Of a DNA stretch of 64,000 bases, positions 30,265 through 41,172 are shown in pieces. The notes below the pieces were generated by a model. That model saw only the letters and a program-made list of their open reading frames with translations, was not told the DNA's origin and ran no database searches. Positions within the stretch are counted from its first letter, which is position 1. Each line of letters starts with the position of its first letter. The stretch lies in the NCBI GenBank assembly GCA_017440805.1, contig JAFSGN010000016.1, positions 130,627 through 194,626 on the forward strand, written 5' to 3'. Origin of the DNA: Clostridia bacterium (GTDB taxonomy: Bacteria; Bacillota; Clostridia; Oscillospirales; SIG627). Made by a program: the position numbers and the translations under genes.

Positions 30265-31221
30265 ATGGATTTTCTTTCAACAATCAAAGGCTCCTTGCTT
30301 GAAGGATTTTTCCCTGCAGGTTGGGATTTTGCAAAGATTGACAAAATTCTCGACAACTCTGCTAACCCCGACAGCATTATGGAGCGTCAGGCTTTCTGGA
30401 ACAAGGATTTTGATATTGTTCCCTGTGAAAATGTGTACGACTTTGATATGATTCTTGGACACGAAATTGCACTTGAAATCAAGTCCTGCCGTGACCAGGG
30501 CAGAAAACTCGCCATGATTCTCCCCGTAGGTCCTATGGGTATGTATAAATGGTGCGTTTACTTCCTCAAGGCATGGAATGTAAAGTGCGACCATATTTAC
30601 GGTTTCAACATGGATGAGTGGAGTGATGCAGAAGGCAACACTCTTGACAGTTCAAACCCCGGTGCATTCCAGTGGGCTATGGAAAATGCTTTCTACGGAC
30701 CTCTCGGCGAACTTACCGTTCCCAAGGACCAGAGAAACTTTGCAACCAAGACAAACCTTCCCACCTATCCCGAGAAGATTGCCAAACTCAAGGCTGAAGG
30801 TGCAAAACTCGTTACCGTTTTCGGTATCGGCCGTATGATGCACATTGCTTTCTGGGAACCCCATTTTGCAGCGGAATTCTCCTCTGTTGAAGAATGGAAG
30901 AAACAGCCTTACCGCATCGGTGCTAAAATCCATCCTCTTACTGTTGAGCAGAACGCTCTTACAAGTTTCAAATCCCGTACAACTCTTGTTCCCTGCCGTG
31001 CAAACACTATCGGTCCCGGCCTGTTCTTACAGTCTGACCGCGTAATCGGCGGATGCGACGGTACTCTTGGCAGAGGAATGCAGTGGCAGGGTCTCTCACT
31101 CTGGACAACTCTCCGCTATGGTCCGGATATGTGGATTCCGTCAAGTTTCATGCCTACTCTTCCCGGCAAAATTGTATTTATCAAAGAGTTGGCAGGTCCG
31201 TTGGTTGCCGAATGTAACTAA
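30265..31221 (+). CDS. glucosamine-6-phosphate deaminase/isomerase (NagB)-superfamily protein
   Basis: [14 protein letters not shown] and [14 protein letters not shown] are collinear with the NagB motifs LPTGGTP, FNMDEY and GIG.DGHIAFNEP. The exact substrate is not inferable. Confidence 0.6.
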   Translation: MDFLSTIKGSLLEGFFPAGWDFAKIDKILDNSANPDSIMERQAFWNKDFDIVPCENVYDFDMILGHEIALEIKSCRDQGRKLAMILPVGPMGMYKWCVYFLKAWNVKCDHIYGFNMDEWSDAEGNTLDSSNPGAFQWAMENAFYGPLGELTVPKDQRNFATKTNLPTYPEKIAKLKAEGAKLVTVFGIGRMMHIAFWEPHFAAEFSSVEEWKKQPYRIGAKIHPLTVEQNALTSFKSRTTLVPCRANTIGPGLFLQSDRVIGGCDGTLGRGMQWQGLSLWTTLRYGPDMWIPSSFMPTLPGKIVFIKELAGPLVAECN

Positions 31222-31484
31222 GCATTCCAGAAAATATAAGAACTTTACCCAGGAGGCCGGATTTCAGTTAATTATATGTTCGCTGCTCCCGGTTTGTAAT
31301 TCCTGATATTATATTCTTCATATTTTCCTGTGCTCCAATTTTAATTCGGTGCTGATTATTGTAATCTATAAACAATGTTTTACCGACCATAAGGCATATG
31401 TCCTGTGAGTCGGAGCATGGGGAAGGTGCTTTTACACAAAAGTATCTTCCCCTACAAATTATTAAATAAATTTTAGGAGTTTTT

Positions 31485-33110
31485 ATGCTTAAGAAATTAC
31501 AAAATGCAAAACAGCGTCCCGTTGCGGTTATTGTAATGGACGGTGTAGGAATTGCAAAGCAAAATAAAGCCAATGCCATTTACTATGCAAACACACCCAC
31601 ACTGGATATGCTTATGGAAAAATATCCTATGACAACACTCAAAGCGCACGGTACTGCGGTCGGTTTACCCAGTGACGATGACATGGGCAATTCCGAGGTA
31701 GGACACAATGCACTTGGTGCGGGTCAGGTTTTTGCACAAGGTGCAAAACTTGTTTCAACCTCAATTGAAAACGGTACAATGTTTGAGTCAGATTCCTGGA
31801 AAGAAGTCGTAGGCAATGTTAAAAATAACAGTTCAGTACTTCATTTTCTCGGTCTTTTTTCCGACGGCAATGTGCACTCCAACATTTCACACCTTATGCC
31901 CATGATAGAAAAAGCAAAAAATCAAGGAGTATCCAAAGTCAGAATTCACATTCTTTTTGACGGCCGTGATGTCGGTGAGCGTTCCGCATTGGAATATCTC
32001 AATCCCTTTGAAGACTTTCTTTCTTCACTGCGTTGTGATACTTTTGATGTTAAAATTGCCAGTGGCGGCGGAAGAATGAACATTACAATGGACCGTTACG
32101 GTGCTAACTGGGAAATGGTTCACAAGGGATGGAAGATTCATGTCCTTGGCGAAGGCAGACAGTTTGAAAGTGCCAAAGACGCGGTAGAGACATACAGAAA
32201 TGAACTCAACTGTATCGACCAGGATTTGCCCGGCTTTGTAATTTGCGAAAACGGTGCTCCCGTAGGTACAATCAACGACGGCGACAGTGTTGTATTCTAT
32301 AACTTCCGCGGTGACCGTTCCATTGAAATTTCAATTGCCTTTGAGGATGAAAACTTTGACAAATTTGACCGTGTCCGCTTCCCCAAAGTGGTTTATGCAG
32401 GTATGCTTGAATATGACGGCGACCTTCATATTCCCTCAAGATACCTTGTATCTCCTCCTGTTATCACCGGCACTCTGGGAGAATATCTTGCTCAGGAAAA
32501 AATCCCCCAACTTGCAATTTCCGAAACACAGAAATACGGTCATGTGACTTATTTCTGGAACGGAAACAAGTCGGGTAAATACGACGAAGAAACAGAAGAA
32601 TACATTGAAATCAAATCCGATGTAGTTCCTTTCGAGCAACGCCCCTGGATGAAATGTGCTGAAATTACCGACAGATTTATTGAGGAACTTGAAAGCGGAA
32701 AATACAGATTTTTGCGTGTAAACTTCCCCAATGGCGACATGGTCGGACATACAGGTAATTTTGACGCAACCGTTGTTTCAATGGAGGCACTGGACCTTTG
32801 CCTCAAGCGCCTCATTGATGCTCTGGACAAGGCAGGAGCAGCAGTAATTATTACCGCTGACCACGGAAATGCAGACGAAATGTACGAGGTTGACAAGAAA
32901 ACAGGAGAATGTAAAGTTAAAAACGGTGTTGCTGTTGCAAAAACAAGTCATACACTTAACCCCGTTCCCTGTATTTTCTATGATAACAATCCCGATTACA
33001 AAGTGGTTCAGGGACAATACGGTCTTGCAAATGTTGCGGCTACCGTTGTAAATCTCCTGGGTTACGAAGCACCTGAAATCTGGGAAAAATCAATGATTGA
33101 ATTTAACTGA
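31485..33110 (+). CDS. gpmI: 2,3-bisphosphoglycerate-independent phosphoglycerate mutase
   Basis: VIVMDGVGI, MGNSEVGHNALGAG and TADHGNADEM motifs are present. The 541-aa length fits the long iPGM form. Confidence 0.9.
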   Translation: MLKKLQNAKQRPVAVIVMDGVGIAKQNKANAIYYANTPTLDMLMEKYPMTTLKAHGTAVGLPSDDDMGNSEVGHNALGAGQVFAQGAKLVSTSIENGTMFESDSWKEVVGNVKNNSSVLHFLGLFSDGNVHSNISHLMPMIEKAKNQGVSKVRIHILFDGRDVGERSALEYLNPFEDFLSSLRCDTFDVKIASGGGRMNITMDRYGANWEMVHKGWKIHVLGEGRQFESAKDAVETYRNELNCIDQDLPGFVICENGAPVGTINDGDSVVFYNFRGDRSIEISIAFEDENFDKFDRVRFPKVVYAGMLEYDGDLHIPSRYLVSPPVITGTLGEYLAQEKIPQLAISETQKYGHVTYFWNGNKSGKYDEETEEYIEIKSDVVPFEQRPWMKCAEITDRFIEELESGKYRFLRVNFPNGDMVGHTGNFDATVVSMEALDLCLKRLIDALDKAGAAVIITADHGNADEMYEVDKKTGECKVKNGVAVAKTSHTLNPVPCIFYDNNPDYKVVQGQYGLANVAATVVNLLGYEAPEIWEKSMIEFN

Positions 33111-33134
33111 AATTTATTTTAGAAAAATAAGACT

Positions 33135-33827
33135 ATGGAAAAAATATACACCATACCTGTCAATGAAGCCTTTGAGCAAAATGACAACTGTCCCTTTTGT
33201 CTGCTCCGCAAAAAACTGGAAGACAATGAGTTAGACCTTATTTTAGGTGCATCCATGATGGAACCCGATATAAGAATTCAGACCAATAAAATGGGTTTTT
33301 GCGATGTCCATTACAAAAAAATGTATAATCTCAAAAACCGGCTGGGACTTGCTCTGATGCTGGAAAGCCATCTTGACAGTGTACTCAATGCAACCAAAAC
33401 CGACGGAATATCCCTTTTAAAAGACAAACTTTCAAAAACAGGCGAAAATGCCTGTGAAATAAGCACTTCCTGCTATGTCTGCACACGGATTAAAACAAAC
33501 TTTGACAAAATGATGGAAACTGCTTGTCTTTTATGGGAAAACGACCCGGAATCCAGAAAAAAACTTCTTAATCAAAACCATTTTTGCCTTAAGCATTACG
33601 GTATGTTTTTAAAGTTTGCAAAACTTTATATATCCAAAAAAAAGCAGTCTGATTTTCTTTCCGCTGTTTCCTCCGTGCAGACACCCTATGCCGAGAAAGT
33701 AAAAGAAAATATCTCTGCTTTCTGCAAATCCTTTGACTATCGTTTTGCTGATATTCCTCTGGAAGAGGCTAAATACGCCGTTGAAAAAGCAATTTGCTTT
33801 TTGGAAGGCGACTTTACCGAAATGTAA
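33135..33827 (+). CDS. Cys-rich conserved hypothetical protein (DUF6062-like)
   Basis: It has two CxxC...FCxxHY modules (CPFC...FCDVHY and CYVC...FCLKHY). The family name comes from memory of similar N-termini and is uncertain. Confidence 0.45.
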   Translation: MEKIYTIPVNEAFEQNDNCPFCLLRKKLEDNELDLILGASMMEPDIRIQTNKMGFCDVHYKKMYNLKNRLGLALMLESHLDSVLNATKTDGISLLKDKLSKTGENACEISTSCYVCTRIKTNFDKMMETACLLWENDPESRKKLLNQNHFCLKHYGMFLKFAKLYISKKKQSDFLSAVSSVQTPYAEKVKENISAFCKSFDYRFADIPLEEAKYAVEKAICFLEGDFTEM

Positions 33828-33849
33828 AATAAAAAGGAAGGTTCAAATC

Positions 33850-34368
33850 ATGAAAAACCCCATTGTAACCATTGAAATGGAAAATTCCGATATAATAAAA
33901 GCGGAACTTTATCCCGAAATTGCTCCCAATACTGTCAACAATTTTATAAGCCTTGTTCAGAAAGGCTATTATGACGGCCTTACTTTCCACCGCGTTATAA
34001 GCGGATTTATGATTCAGGGCGGTTGCCCTAACGGCACCGGAACCGGCGGACCCGGTTACTCCATAAAAGGCGAATTTTCCGCTAACGGCTTTAAAAACGA
34101 CCTTAAGCATACCGAAGGTGTGCTTTCTATGGCCCGTTCCATGATGCCCGATTCCGCAGGAAGCCAGTTCTTTATAATGCACAGCACATCCCCTCATCTT
34201 GACGGTCAGTATGCTGCTTTCGGAAAGGTATGCGAAGGTATGGAGATTGTAAATAAAATTGCTGAGGTTAAAACTGATTTCCGTGATGCCCCCATTGAAA
34301 AACAGACAATAAAGAAAATGACAGTTGATACTTTCGGTCAGGGTTATCCGCAGCCTGAAACCCTTTAA
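33850..34368 (+). CDS. cyclophilin-type peptidyl-prolyl cis-trans isomerase
   Basis: FHRVISGFMIQGGCP.GTGTGGPGY, SMAR and GSQFFI motifs are present. ATG 33850 follows AAGGAAGG, and the tracked ORF starts inside the previous gene. Confidence 0.9.
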   Translation: MKNPIVTIEMENSDIIKAELYPEIAPNTVNNFISLVQKGYYDGLTFHRVISGFMIQGGCPNGTGTGGPGYSIKGEFSANGFKNDLKHTEGVLSMARSMMPDSAGSQFFIMHSTSPHLDGQYAAFGKVCEGMEIVNKIAEVKTDFRDAPIEKQTIKKMTVDTFGQGYPQPETL

Positions 34369-34472
34369 AATCCGAATTTAATATTTTTTCCCACACGGTG
34401 CAGGTTATTTAGCCTGACACCTGTGGGCAAATGTTTCTATTTTATGATATATTACACAAGGACGGAGTTCAG

Positions 34473-35252
34473 ATGAGTATAATCAATATCCTCTGCGTAG
34501 GAGATGTAATAGGAGAGAACGGCGGAAATTTCGTAAAGAATAATCTGTGGAAAATCCGTTCGGAAAACAAAGCGGATTATGCCATAATTAACTGTGAAAA
34601 CTGCGGCAGAAAAAACAGCATAGACCCTAACGGAGCAAAACTTCTCCTCTCAAGCGGTGCCGATTTGCTCACCAGCGGAAACCACATCTGGCGTGTAAAT
34701 GACATGAGGAATTTCACCGAAAATTCCCGGGACATAATACGGCCTGCAAACTATCCTGCCGGGACTCCCGGAATGGGTTATGTAATAAAAAACATAAACG
34801 GATATAAATTTCTCATTATGAACATCATGGGACAAACCTATATGGACCCATTGAGATGTCCTTTTGACACTGCAGACAAAATACTTGAACATGAAAAAGG
34901 AAAATACGACTTTGCAATATGCGACTTTCACGGTGAGGCTACCAGTGAGAAAATGGCATTTGCACATTATTTTGACGGAAGGATAAATATTGTGTTCGGC
35001 ACTCACACCCATGTCCCCACAGCAGATTTACAGGTTCTGCCGGGAGGTACGGGGTATATAAGCGACCTTGGTATGACCGGGCCAAATGACTCAATTCTCG
35101 GTATTAAAAAGGAAATTATTGTTGCCCGTTTTATTACCAGAATGCCCCAGCGATTTGAAGTTTCCGACAATCCCTGCAGTTTGAACGGTGCTTTGTTTTC
35201 AATAGATACCGACAAACGAAAAGTTGTCTCTGTCAGGGCAATAAGGAAATAA
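34473..35252 (+). CDS. ymdB: YmdB-family metallophosphoesterase (2',3'-cyclic-nucleotide phosphodiesterase)
   Basis: ILCVGDVIG, INCEN, TSGNHIW, DFHGEATSEK and GTHTHVPTAD motifs are present. ATG 34473 follows GGACGGAG. Confidence 0.85.
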   Translation: MSIINILCVGDVIGENGGNFVKNNLWKIRSENKADYAIINCENCGRKNSIDPNGAKLLLSSGADLLTSGNHIWRVNDMRNFTENSRDIIRPANYPAGTPGMGYVIKNINGYKFLIMNIMGQTYMDPLRCPFDTADKILEHEKGKYDFAICDFHGEATSEKMAFAHYFDGRINIVFGTHTHVPTADLQVLPGGTGYISDLGMTGPNDSILGIKKEIIVARFITRMPQRFEVSDNPCSLNGALFSIDTDKRKVVSVRAIRK

Positions 35253-35268
35253 TGATATGAGGTTTTAT

Positions 35269-35721
35269 ATGAAAAAATTTTTATTTATTTTATTGGCTTC
35301 CGTGATTTTTCTTAATAGTTGTTCCCTCATTTATACAAAATACGATTTTGTGGATTCCACAACAAAGGAAATGTCCGAAAAACAAGACATTTCATCAAAT
35401 CAGAATATATTTATGACCGTAAAGGATGTTACACCTGACGGGCTGACTCTTATTTGTGATAATCTGAGCGACATTTCCCTGAGCTGCGGAAGTGCCTTCT
35501 GGGTGGATGTGCAAACCGAATACGGATGGCAGGAAGCACAGCACATAACAGACCAGGAAATTTTCTGGACTCAGATAGCCTACGAAATTGATAAAACATA
35601 CGAATGGACAATCGGTTGGGAAAATATATACGGCACTCTTTCCCCGGGGACTTACCGCATAGGCAAAACCTTCACTCAGGAGGAAAACAATATACATTAT
35701 TACGCTGAATTTACAATATAA
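35269..35721 (+). CDS. small secreted lipoprotein, function unknown
   Basis: A signal peptide with the lipobox LNSC is followed by a beta-rich domain of about 125 aa. ATG 35257 is an alternative start. Confidence 0.55.
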   Translation: MKKFLFILLASVIFLNSCSLIYTKYDFVDSTTKEMSEKQDISSNQNIFMTVKDVTPDGLTLICDNLSDISLSCGSAFWVDVQTEYGWQEAQHITDQEIFWTQIAYEIDKTYEWTIGWENIYGTLSPGTYRIGKTFTQEENNIHYYAEFTI

Positions 35722-35725
35722 AAGG

Positions 35726-35758
35726 AAAATGCACTACTTTGTTGAAGTAGTGCATTTT
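35726..35758. terminator. bidirectional terminator between lipoprotein gene and rny
   Basis: The stem AAAATGCACTACTT/AAGTAGTGCATTTT has a 5-nt loop. Confidence 0.8.
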
Positions 35759-35771
35759 ATATTACCTGTTT

Positions 35772-37322
35772 TTATTTTGCGTATTCGATAGAACGGTTCT
35801 CGCGGATAACATGTACTTTTATCTGACCCGGATATTCAAGTTCCTTTTCTATCTGTTTTGCAATATCCCGTGCAATAACGACCATCTTTTCGTCATTTAC
35901 AATTTCGGGTTTAACCATCAGGCGAAGTTCCCTTCCTGCCTGGATAGCATAGGATTTATCAACGCCCTCATAACTGTTGGCAATTTCTTCAAGTTTCTGA
36001 AGCCGTTTAATGTAACTTTCAAGATTTTCTCTTCGTGCACCGGGACGCGCTGCCGAAATGGCGTCTGCTGCCTGAACGATAACAGCCACAAGTGTTTTAG
36101 GCTCAATATCGCCGTGATGTGCTTCAATAGCATGGAGAACGTCTTCTGATTCGCGATATTTCTTGGCAAGTTCAACACCCAGTTGAGTATGCGAACCTTC
36201 AACCTCATGGTTAACTGCTTTACCGATATCATGAAGAAGACCTGCACGCTTTGCAAGTGCACTGTCTATACCCAATTCGTTGGCTATAATACCGGATATG
36301 TAGGCAACTTCCACCGAGTGCATAAGCACATTCTGACCGTAACTTGTACGGTATTTAAGTCTGCCAAGCAATTTGATAAGTTCGCTGTTCATGCCGTGAA
36401 TACCGGTCTGGAGAACCGCCTGTTCACCCTCGCGTTTAATAATTGCCTCAACCTCGCTCTTGGATTTTTCAACCGCTTCTTCAATACGGGCGGGATGAAT
36501 TCTTCCGTCGGTAACGAGTTTTTCAATTGTAAGACGGGCAACCTCACGACGCATGGGGTCAAAACTTGAAAGGGTAATAGCCTCCGGTGTGTCGTCAATA
36601 ATAAGGTCAACTCCGGTAAGAGTTTCGATGGTTCTGATGTTTCTTCCCTCTCGTCCGATAATTCTTCCTTTCATATCGTCGCTGGGAAGTTCAACTGCAG
36701 AAACAGTGGACTCAGAAACATGGTTTGCCGCGCATCTCTGAATGGCAAGAGTAATAATATCTCTCGCCTTTTCCTCTGCAGTGTCTTTGAGTTCCTGTTC
36801 AATTTCGGTAATTTTAACCGCTGCCTCATGGCGTACTTCTGACTCTACCTTTTCCAAAAGGTACGCTTTTGCCTGTTCGGCGGTCATTTGTGAAATTGTT
36901 TCCAGTGCTTTCTGCTGTTCTTGTTTGATTTTTTCTGCCTGTGCTATCTTTTCCTGATATTCTTTTTCTTTTGCCTGAAGAAGTTCTTCTTTCTTTTCTA
37001 CATTTTCCAGTTTCTTTTCCAGATTTTCTTCTCTTTGCAACGCCTTTCTTTCAAGACGAAGCACTTCATTACGGCGTTCTTTTATTTCATGATCAGCCTC
37101 GGATTTAACTTTTAATACTTCTTCTTTGGCTTCAATCAACATTGCCTTTTTCCGTTGTTCGGCTTCCTGTTTTGCTTCGTCAACAATATTTTTTGCATAG
37201 TTTTCAGCACCGCCGATAAGTTTTTCACCGACTTTTTTACGCCAGATTATACCCACTGCAATGCCTATTGCCAGAAACACAACTGCCGCCGCAACAGAGA
37301 CAATTATTCCGTAATCTCCCAT
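35772..37322 (-). CDS. rny: ribonuclease Y
   Basis: An N-terminal TM anchor and an E/K-rich coiled coil are followed by a KH domain ([12 protein letters not shown]) and an HD domain (LLHDIGK). ATG 37322 follows AAGGAGG, and the 46 upstream codons of the tracked ORF are leader. Confidence 0.93.
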   Translation of the reverse strand: MGDYGIIVSVAAAVVFLAIGIAVGIIWRKKVGEKLIGGAENYAKNIVDEAKQEAEQRKKAMLIEAKEEVLKVKSEADHEIKERRNEVLRLERKALQREENLEKKLENVEKKEELLQAKEKEYQEKIAQAEKIKQEQQKALETISQMTAEQAKAYLLEKVESEVRHEAAVKITEIEQELKDTAEEKARDIITLAIQRCAANHVSESTVSAVELPSDDMKGRIIGREGRNIRTIETLTGVDLIIDDTPEAITLSSFDPMRREVARLTIEKLVTDGRIHPARIEEAVEKSKSEVEAIIKREGEQAVLQTGIHGMNSELIKLLGRLKYRTSYGQNVLMHSVEVAYISGIIANELGIDSALAKRAGLLHDIGKAVNHEVEGSHTQLGVELAKKYRESEDVLHAIEAHHGDIEPKTLVAVIVQAADAISAARPGARRENLESYIKRLQKLEEIANSYEGVDKSYAIQAGRELRLMVKPEIVNDEKMVVIARDIAKQIEKELEYPGQIKVHVIRENRSIEYAK

Positions 37323-37691
37323 AAAAACAAACACCTCCTTAATTTTTTTTGCAGGATTTGCCGTAAAAACAGACAAATCCACCTCGGGCACATCGTAAAA
37401 TCCAAAATCCGAAAAGCATAACTTTCCGTAATATATGAATATAGCCCTGCAAAAAAGCAAAGGAGATATTATTTATATATATAAATTTCAAATTAATTCG
37501 ATTTATGCCCTGTAAATGTGTATTCAGCATATATTTCCGTGCATACCGGAACATTAAACCTATACATACATAGTGTTTTTTCAAACACTACCTTACCCTA
37601 TATTTTAATAGATATTTCCCATTATGTCAAGTGTTTTTTTATCCATTTACAAATAATTCATGATTTTTTTAACAATACCCTAATTTTTTCG

Positions 37692-37720
37692 TTGATTATC
37701 TGATAAAAATATGGTAAAAT
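37692..37720 (+). promoter_or_regulatory. sigma-A-type promoter upstream of smpB
   Basis: TTGATT, a 17-nt spacer, then TAAAAT with an extended -10 TGg. Confidence 0.6.
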
Positions 37721-37759
37721 ATCTGTACTGAAAAGCATAAAAATCGTAAAGGAACGAAA

Positions 37760-38230
37760 ATGAACAAAAAAAACGACGGAAAAAAACTTATTTCTTCCAA
37801 CAAAAAAGCATATCACGATTACTTTGTTGAAGAAAAATTCGAAGCAGGAATTGTTTTACAGGGAACTGAGGTTAAAAGTGTCAGAAACGGCAATGTAAAT
37901 CTGAAAGACTCATACTGCCGTATTGAAAAAGGCGAAATCTTTGTTTTGGGGATGCATATAAGTCCCTACGAACAGGGAAATATTTTCAACTGTGACCCTC
38001 TCAGACCTAAAAAACTGTTAATGCACAAAAAGGAAATTCTGAAACTTTTCGGAAAAGTGGGAAAAGATGGCTTAAGCATTATTCCCCTGTCCGTTTACAT
38101 TTCCGGTTCTCACATAAAAGTGGAACTGGGACTTTGCAAAGGAAAAAAATTATACGACAAGCGTGAGGCTCTCGCCCAAAAGCAACTGAAAAGGGAGACT
38201 GACCGCTTTATGAAAAATAACCGTGAATGA
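37760..38230 (+). CDS. smpB: SsrA-binding protein
   Basis: [19 protein letters not shown] and the LLLHKKEI-like motif (LLMHKKEI) are present, with a basic C-terminal tail. Confidence 0.93.
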   Translation: MNKKNDGKKLISSNKKAYHDYFVEEKFEAGIVLQGTEVKSVRNGNVNLKDSYCRIEKGEIFVLGMHISPYEQGNIFNCDPLRPKKLLMHKKEILKLFGKVGKDGLSIIPLSVYISGSHIKVELGLCKGKKLYDKREALAQKQLKRETDRFMKNNRE

Positions 38231-38244
38231 CAGAGGATAAATTT

Positions 38245-40053
38245 ATGACCAAAAACCCCCGGAACATAAGAAATTTCAGTATAATTGCACATATTGACCA
38301 TGGTAAATCCACACTTGCGGACAGACTTCTGGAATTTACCGATACTGTCACCTCCAGAGAAATGGAGGAACAACTTCTTGACAACATGGACCTTGAGAGA
38401 GAAAGAGGAATTACAATCAAGGCCCGTGCCGTAAAACTCGACTACACCGCCCCTGACGGAGAAGTATATGAACTCAATCTCATAGACACCCCGGGGCATG
38501 TCGACTTCAACTACGAGGTATCCCGTTCCCTTTCCGCCTGTGAGGGTGCTCTTCTGGTAGTGGATGCCTCACAGGGAATTGAGGCACAGACTCTTGCAAA
38601 TGCCTATCTGGCGGTAGACAATAATCTTGAAATAGTTCCCGTTATAAATAAAATCGACCTTGCCTCTGCCGACCCGGACAGAGTAAAAGGAGAGATAGAG
38701 GATATTATAGGCATACCCGCACAGGACGCTCCCTGTATTTCGGCAAAAACCGGTCTTAATATCCAGGATGTACTTAAAGCAATTGTTGAACAGGTCCCTC
38801 CGCCAAAAGTAGACTACGACCTGCCTGCGAAAGCATTGGTTTTTGACTCTGTGTATGACTCATACCGCGGTGTAATTGTCTACATCCGTATGTTTGAGGG
38901 AAAACTTTCAAAAGGCGATGTCATTAAAATGATGGCAAGCGGCGAAGAATTTGAAATTGTGGAAACAGGATATATGCGTCCTTTCGGATTTGAGCCGTGC
39001 AACACTATTTATGCAGGTGAAGTAGGTTATATTACCGCAAGTATAAAAACTGTCTCCCAGACTCAGGTTGGTGATACCGTCACACTGGCATCCAACCCTA
39101 CAAAAGAGGCTTTTGCCGGATTTAAACAGGCTCAGCCCATGGTTTATTCTGGTGTGTATCCAGCCGATGGTTCCCGCTACGGTGATTTGCGTGATGCTCT
39201 TTCAAAACTGCAGTTGAATGATGCGGCACTTACCTTTGAACCCGAGACATCTATTGCTTTAGGCTTTGGATTCAGATGCGGTTTTCTGGGTCTTTTGCAC
39301 ATGGAAGTTATTCAGGAAAGAATAGAGAGGGAATTTGACCTTGACATCATAACAACCGCACCCAGCGTTATATATAAGATTGCTTTGAGGGGTGGCAAGG
39401 AAATATGGATAGACAACCCCACAAACTATCCCTCTCCCGACGAAATAGAGTCCTCCTACGAGCCTGTGGTTAAGGCAAATATAATCTGCCCCACCGAGTT
39501 TGTAGGCGGTATTATGGACTTATGTCAGGACAGACGCGGTACTTTTGTTGATATGAAGTACCTGGATTCCGTTCGCGTGGAACTCCACTACCGTCTGCCT
39601 CTCAACGAAATAATTTATGATTTCTTTGATGCACTCAAATCCCGCAGCAAAGGCTATGCTTCCCTGGACTATGAGATAGCCGACTACGAAAAATCATCTC
39701 TCGTGAAACTTGACATACTTCTCAACGGCGACATTGTGGATGCTCTTTCGTTTATAGTACACAGCGAAAAAGCCTACACACGAGCAAGAAAAATTGCAGA
39801 AAAACTTAAAGAAAATATTCCGCGTCAGATGTTTGAAGTGCCTGTTCAGGCAGCAATAGGCGGAAAAATAATAGCCAGAGAAACCGTCAAAGCAATGCGG
39901 AAAGATGTACTTGCAAAATGTTACGGCGGTGACATTACCCGTAAGAAAAAACTGCTTGAAAAACAAAAAGAAGGTAAGAAAAAAATGCGTCGCCTGGGAA
40001 CTGTTGAAGTCCCGCAGGAAGCATTTATGGCAGTACTTAAATTCGATGAATAG
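38245..40053 (+). CDS. lepA: translation elongation factor 4
   Basis: [21 protein letters not shown] and NKID are present, with a LepA-specific C-terminal domain ([21 protein letters not shown]). ATG 38245 follows AGAGGA; ATG 38227 is an alternative start. Confidence 0.93.
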   Translation: MTKNPRNIRNFSIIAHIDHGKSTLADRLLEFTDTVTSREMEEQLLDNMDLERERGITIKARAVKLDYTAPDGEVYELNLIDTPGHVDFNYEVSRSLSACEGALLVVDASQGIEAQTLANAYLAVDNNLEIVPVINKIDLASADPDRVKGEIEDIIGIPAQDAPCISAKTGLNIQDVLKAIVEQVPPPKVDYDLPAKALVFDSVYDSYRGVIVYIRMFEGKLSKGDVIKMMASGEEFEIVETGYMRPFGFEPCNTIYAGEVGYITASIKTVSQTQVGDTVTLASNPTKEAFAGFKQAQPMVYSGVYPADGSRYGDLRDALSKLQLNDAALTFEPETSIALGFGFRCGFLGLLHMEVIQERIEREFDLDIITTAPSVIYKIALRGGKEIWIDNPTNYPSPDEIESSYEPVVKANIICPTEFVGGIMDLCQDRRGTFVDMKYLDSVRVELHYRLPLNEIIYDFFDALKSRSKGYASLDYEIADYEKSSLVKLDILLNGDIVDALSFIVHSEKAYTRARKIAEKLKENIPRQMFEVPVQAAIGGKIIARETVKAMRKDVLAKCYGGDITRKKKLLEKQKEGKKKMRRLGTVEVPQEAFMAVLKFDE

Positions 40054-41170
40054 AGGAATATACATTCATGTGCCGTTCTGTGTGAAAAAATGCGCTTATT
40101 GCGACTTTTATTCCATAGCCGGCACTTGTTCCGGGAAGCGTCTTGAGTACACCGCGGCGGTTGTAAATCATATAAATATGTACCATGACAAGTCGCTTGT
40201 TTTTGACAGTATATATTTTGGCGGAGGTACTCCGTCGCTTATGAGTCCGCAGGATTTGGAAAATATCCTCTGTGCACTTAAGGAGAATTTTACCATTACC
40301 CCCGACTGCGAGATAACACTTGAACTTAATCCTGAAACGGCAGACAAAAACTATCTTTCAGAATTAAAGTGGTTGGGTGTAAACCGCTTGAGTTTCGGTG
40401 TGCAGTCCCTCAATGATGACGAACTTAAACTTATGGGGCGGATACATACGGCAGAAAAGGCTGTATCCTCCATACAGGATGCCTTTAATGCAGGATTTGA
40501 CAATGTAAGTTGCGATATAATTTTCGGTGTGCCTTTTCAGGAGCCGAAAAGTATCCGGAACACTCTTACAGAACTTTGCCGTCTGCCTGTTGCACATATT
40601 TCGGCATACGGTCTGAAAGTTGAGCCGAATACACCTTTTGCCCGGATGGAACTGATTTTTCCCGACGAAGATACCGAGGAAAGAATGTATTTCGACATAA
40701 TTGATTTTCTCGGGCTCAATGGTTTTGAGCAGTATGAAATATCAAATTTTGCAAAAAAAGGAAAACATTCCCGCCACAATCTTAAATACTGGCAGGGAAC
40801 CGAGTATCTTTCTTTCGGTCCTTCTGCATCCGGTTATTTTAAAAACCGGAGATACACCTACAAAAAGGACATTGACGCTTATATAAGTGCAATACAAAAT
40901 AAAAAAGAGCCCCCTGTTTCAGAAAGTCTGACAGTATCCGAAAATGAAAAAAGACAGGAAAAAATTATTTTCGGTCTCCGGCTTTCAAAAGGAATATTAC
41001 TTTCGGAGATTGATTTATCCTGCTACTCTCTTACAAAAAGCCCCATAATATCCCGCCTGCTGAACGAAGATTACATAAGGTGTGAAAACGGCTTTTTACG
41101 GCTTACCCCAAAAGGATTTTATATCTCCAACGGAATTATAAACGAAATACTTGAACTGCAAAAAGGTTGA
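40046..41170 (+). CDS. hemW: radical-SAM heme chaperone HemW (oxygen-independent coproporphyrinogen-III-oxidase-like)
   Basis: The radical-SAM cluster is [16 protein letters not shown], with GGGTPS. This is the classic lepA-hemW linkage. The start overlaps the lepA stop by 8 nt. Confidence 0.85.
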   Translation: MNRGIYIHVPFCVKKCAYCDFYSIAGTCSGKRLEYTAAVVNHINMYHDKSLVFDSIYFGGGTPSLMSPQDLENILCALKENFTITPDCEITLELNPETADKNYLSELKWLGVNRLSFGVQSLNDDELKLMGRIHTAEKAVSSIQDAFNAGFDNVSCDIIFGVPFQEPKSIRNTLTELCRLPVAHISAYGLKVEPNTPFARMELIFPDEDTEERMYFDIIDFLGLNGFEQYEISNFAKKGKHSRHNLKYWQGTEYLSFGPSASGYFKNRRYTYKKDIDAYISAIQNKKEPPVSESLTVSENEKRQEKIIFGLRLSKGILLSEIDLSCYSLTKSPIISRLLNEDYIRCENGFLRLTPKGFYISNGIINEILELQKG

Positions 41171-41172
41171 TT

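Noticed and set aside
37323-37759. I looked for tmRNA (ssrA) next to smpB and for a structured element in the 437-nt rny/smpB intergenic region.
   Set aside because: There is no tRNA-Ala-like acceptor end (GGGG...CCACCA) and no tag-reading-frame features. I saw only AT-rich promoter and leader sequence, so ssrA must lie elsewhere.
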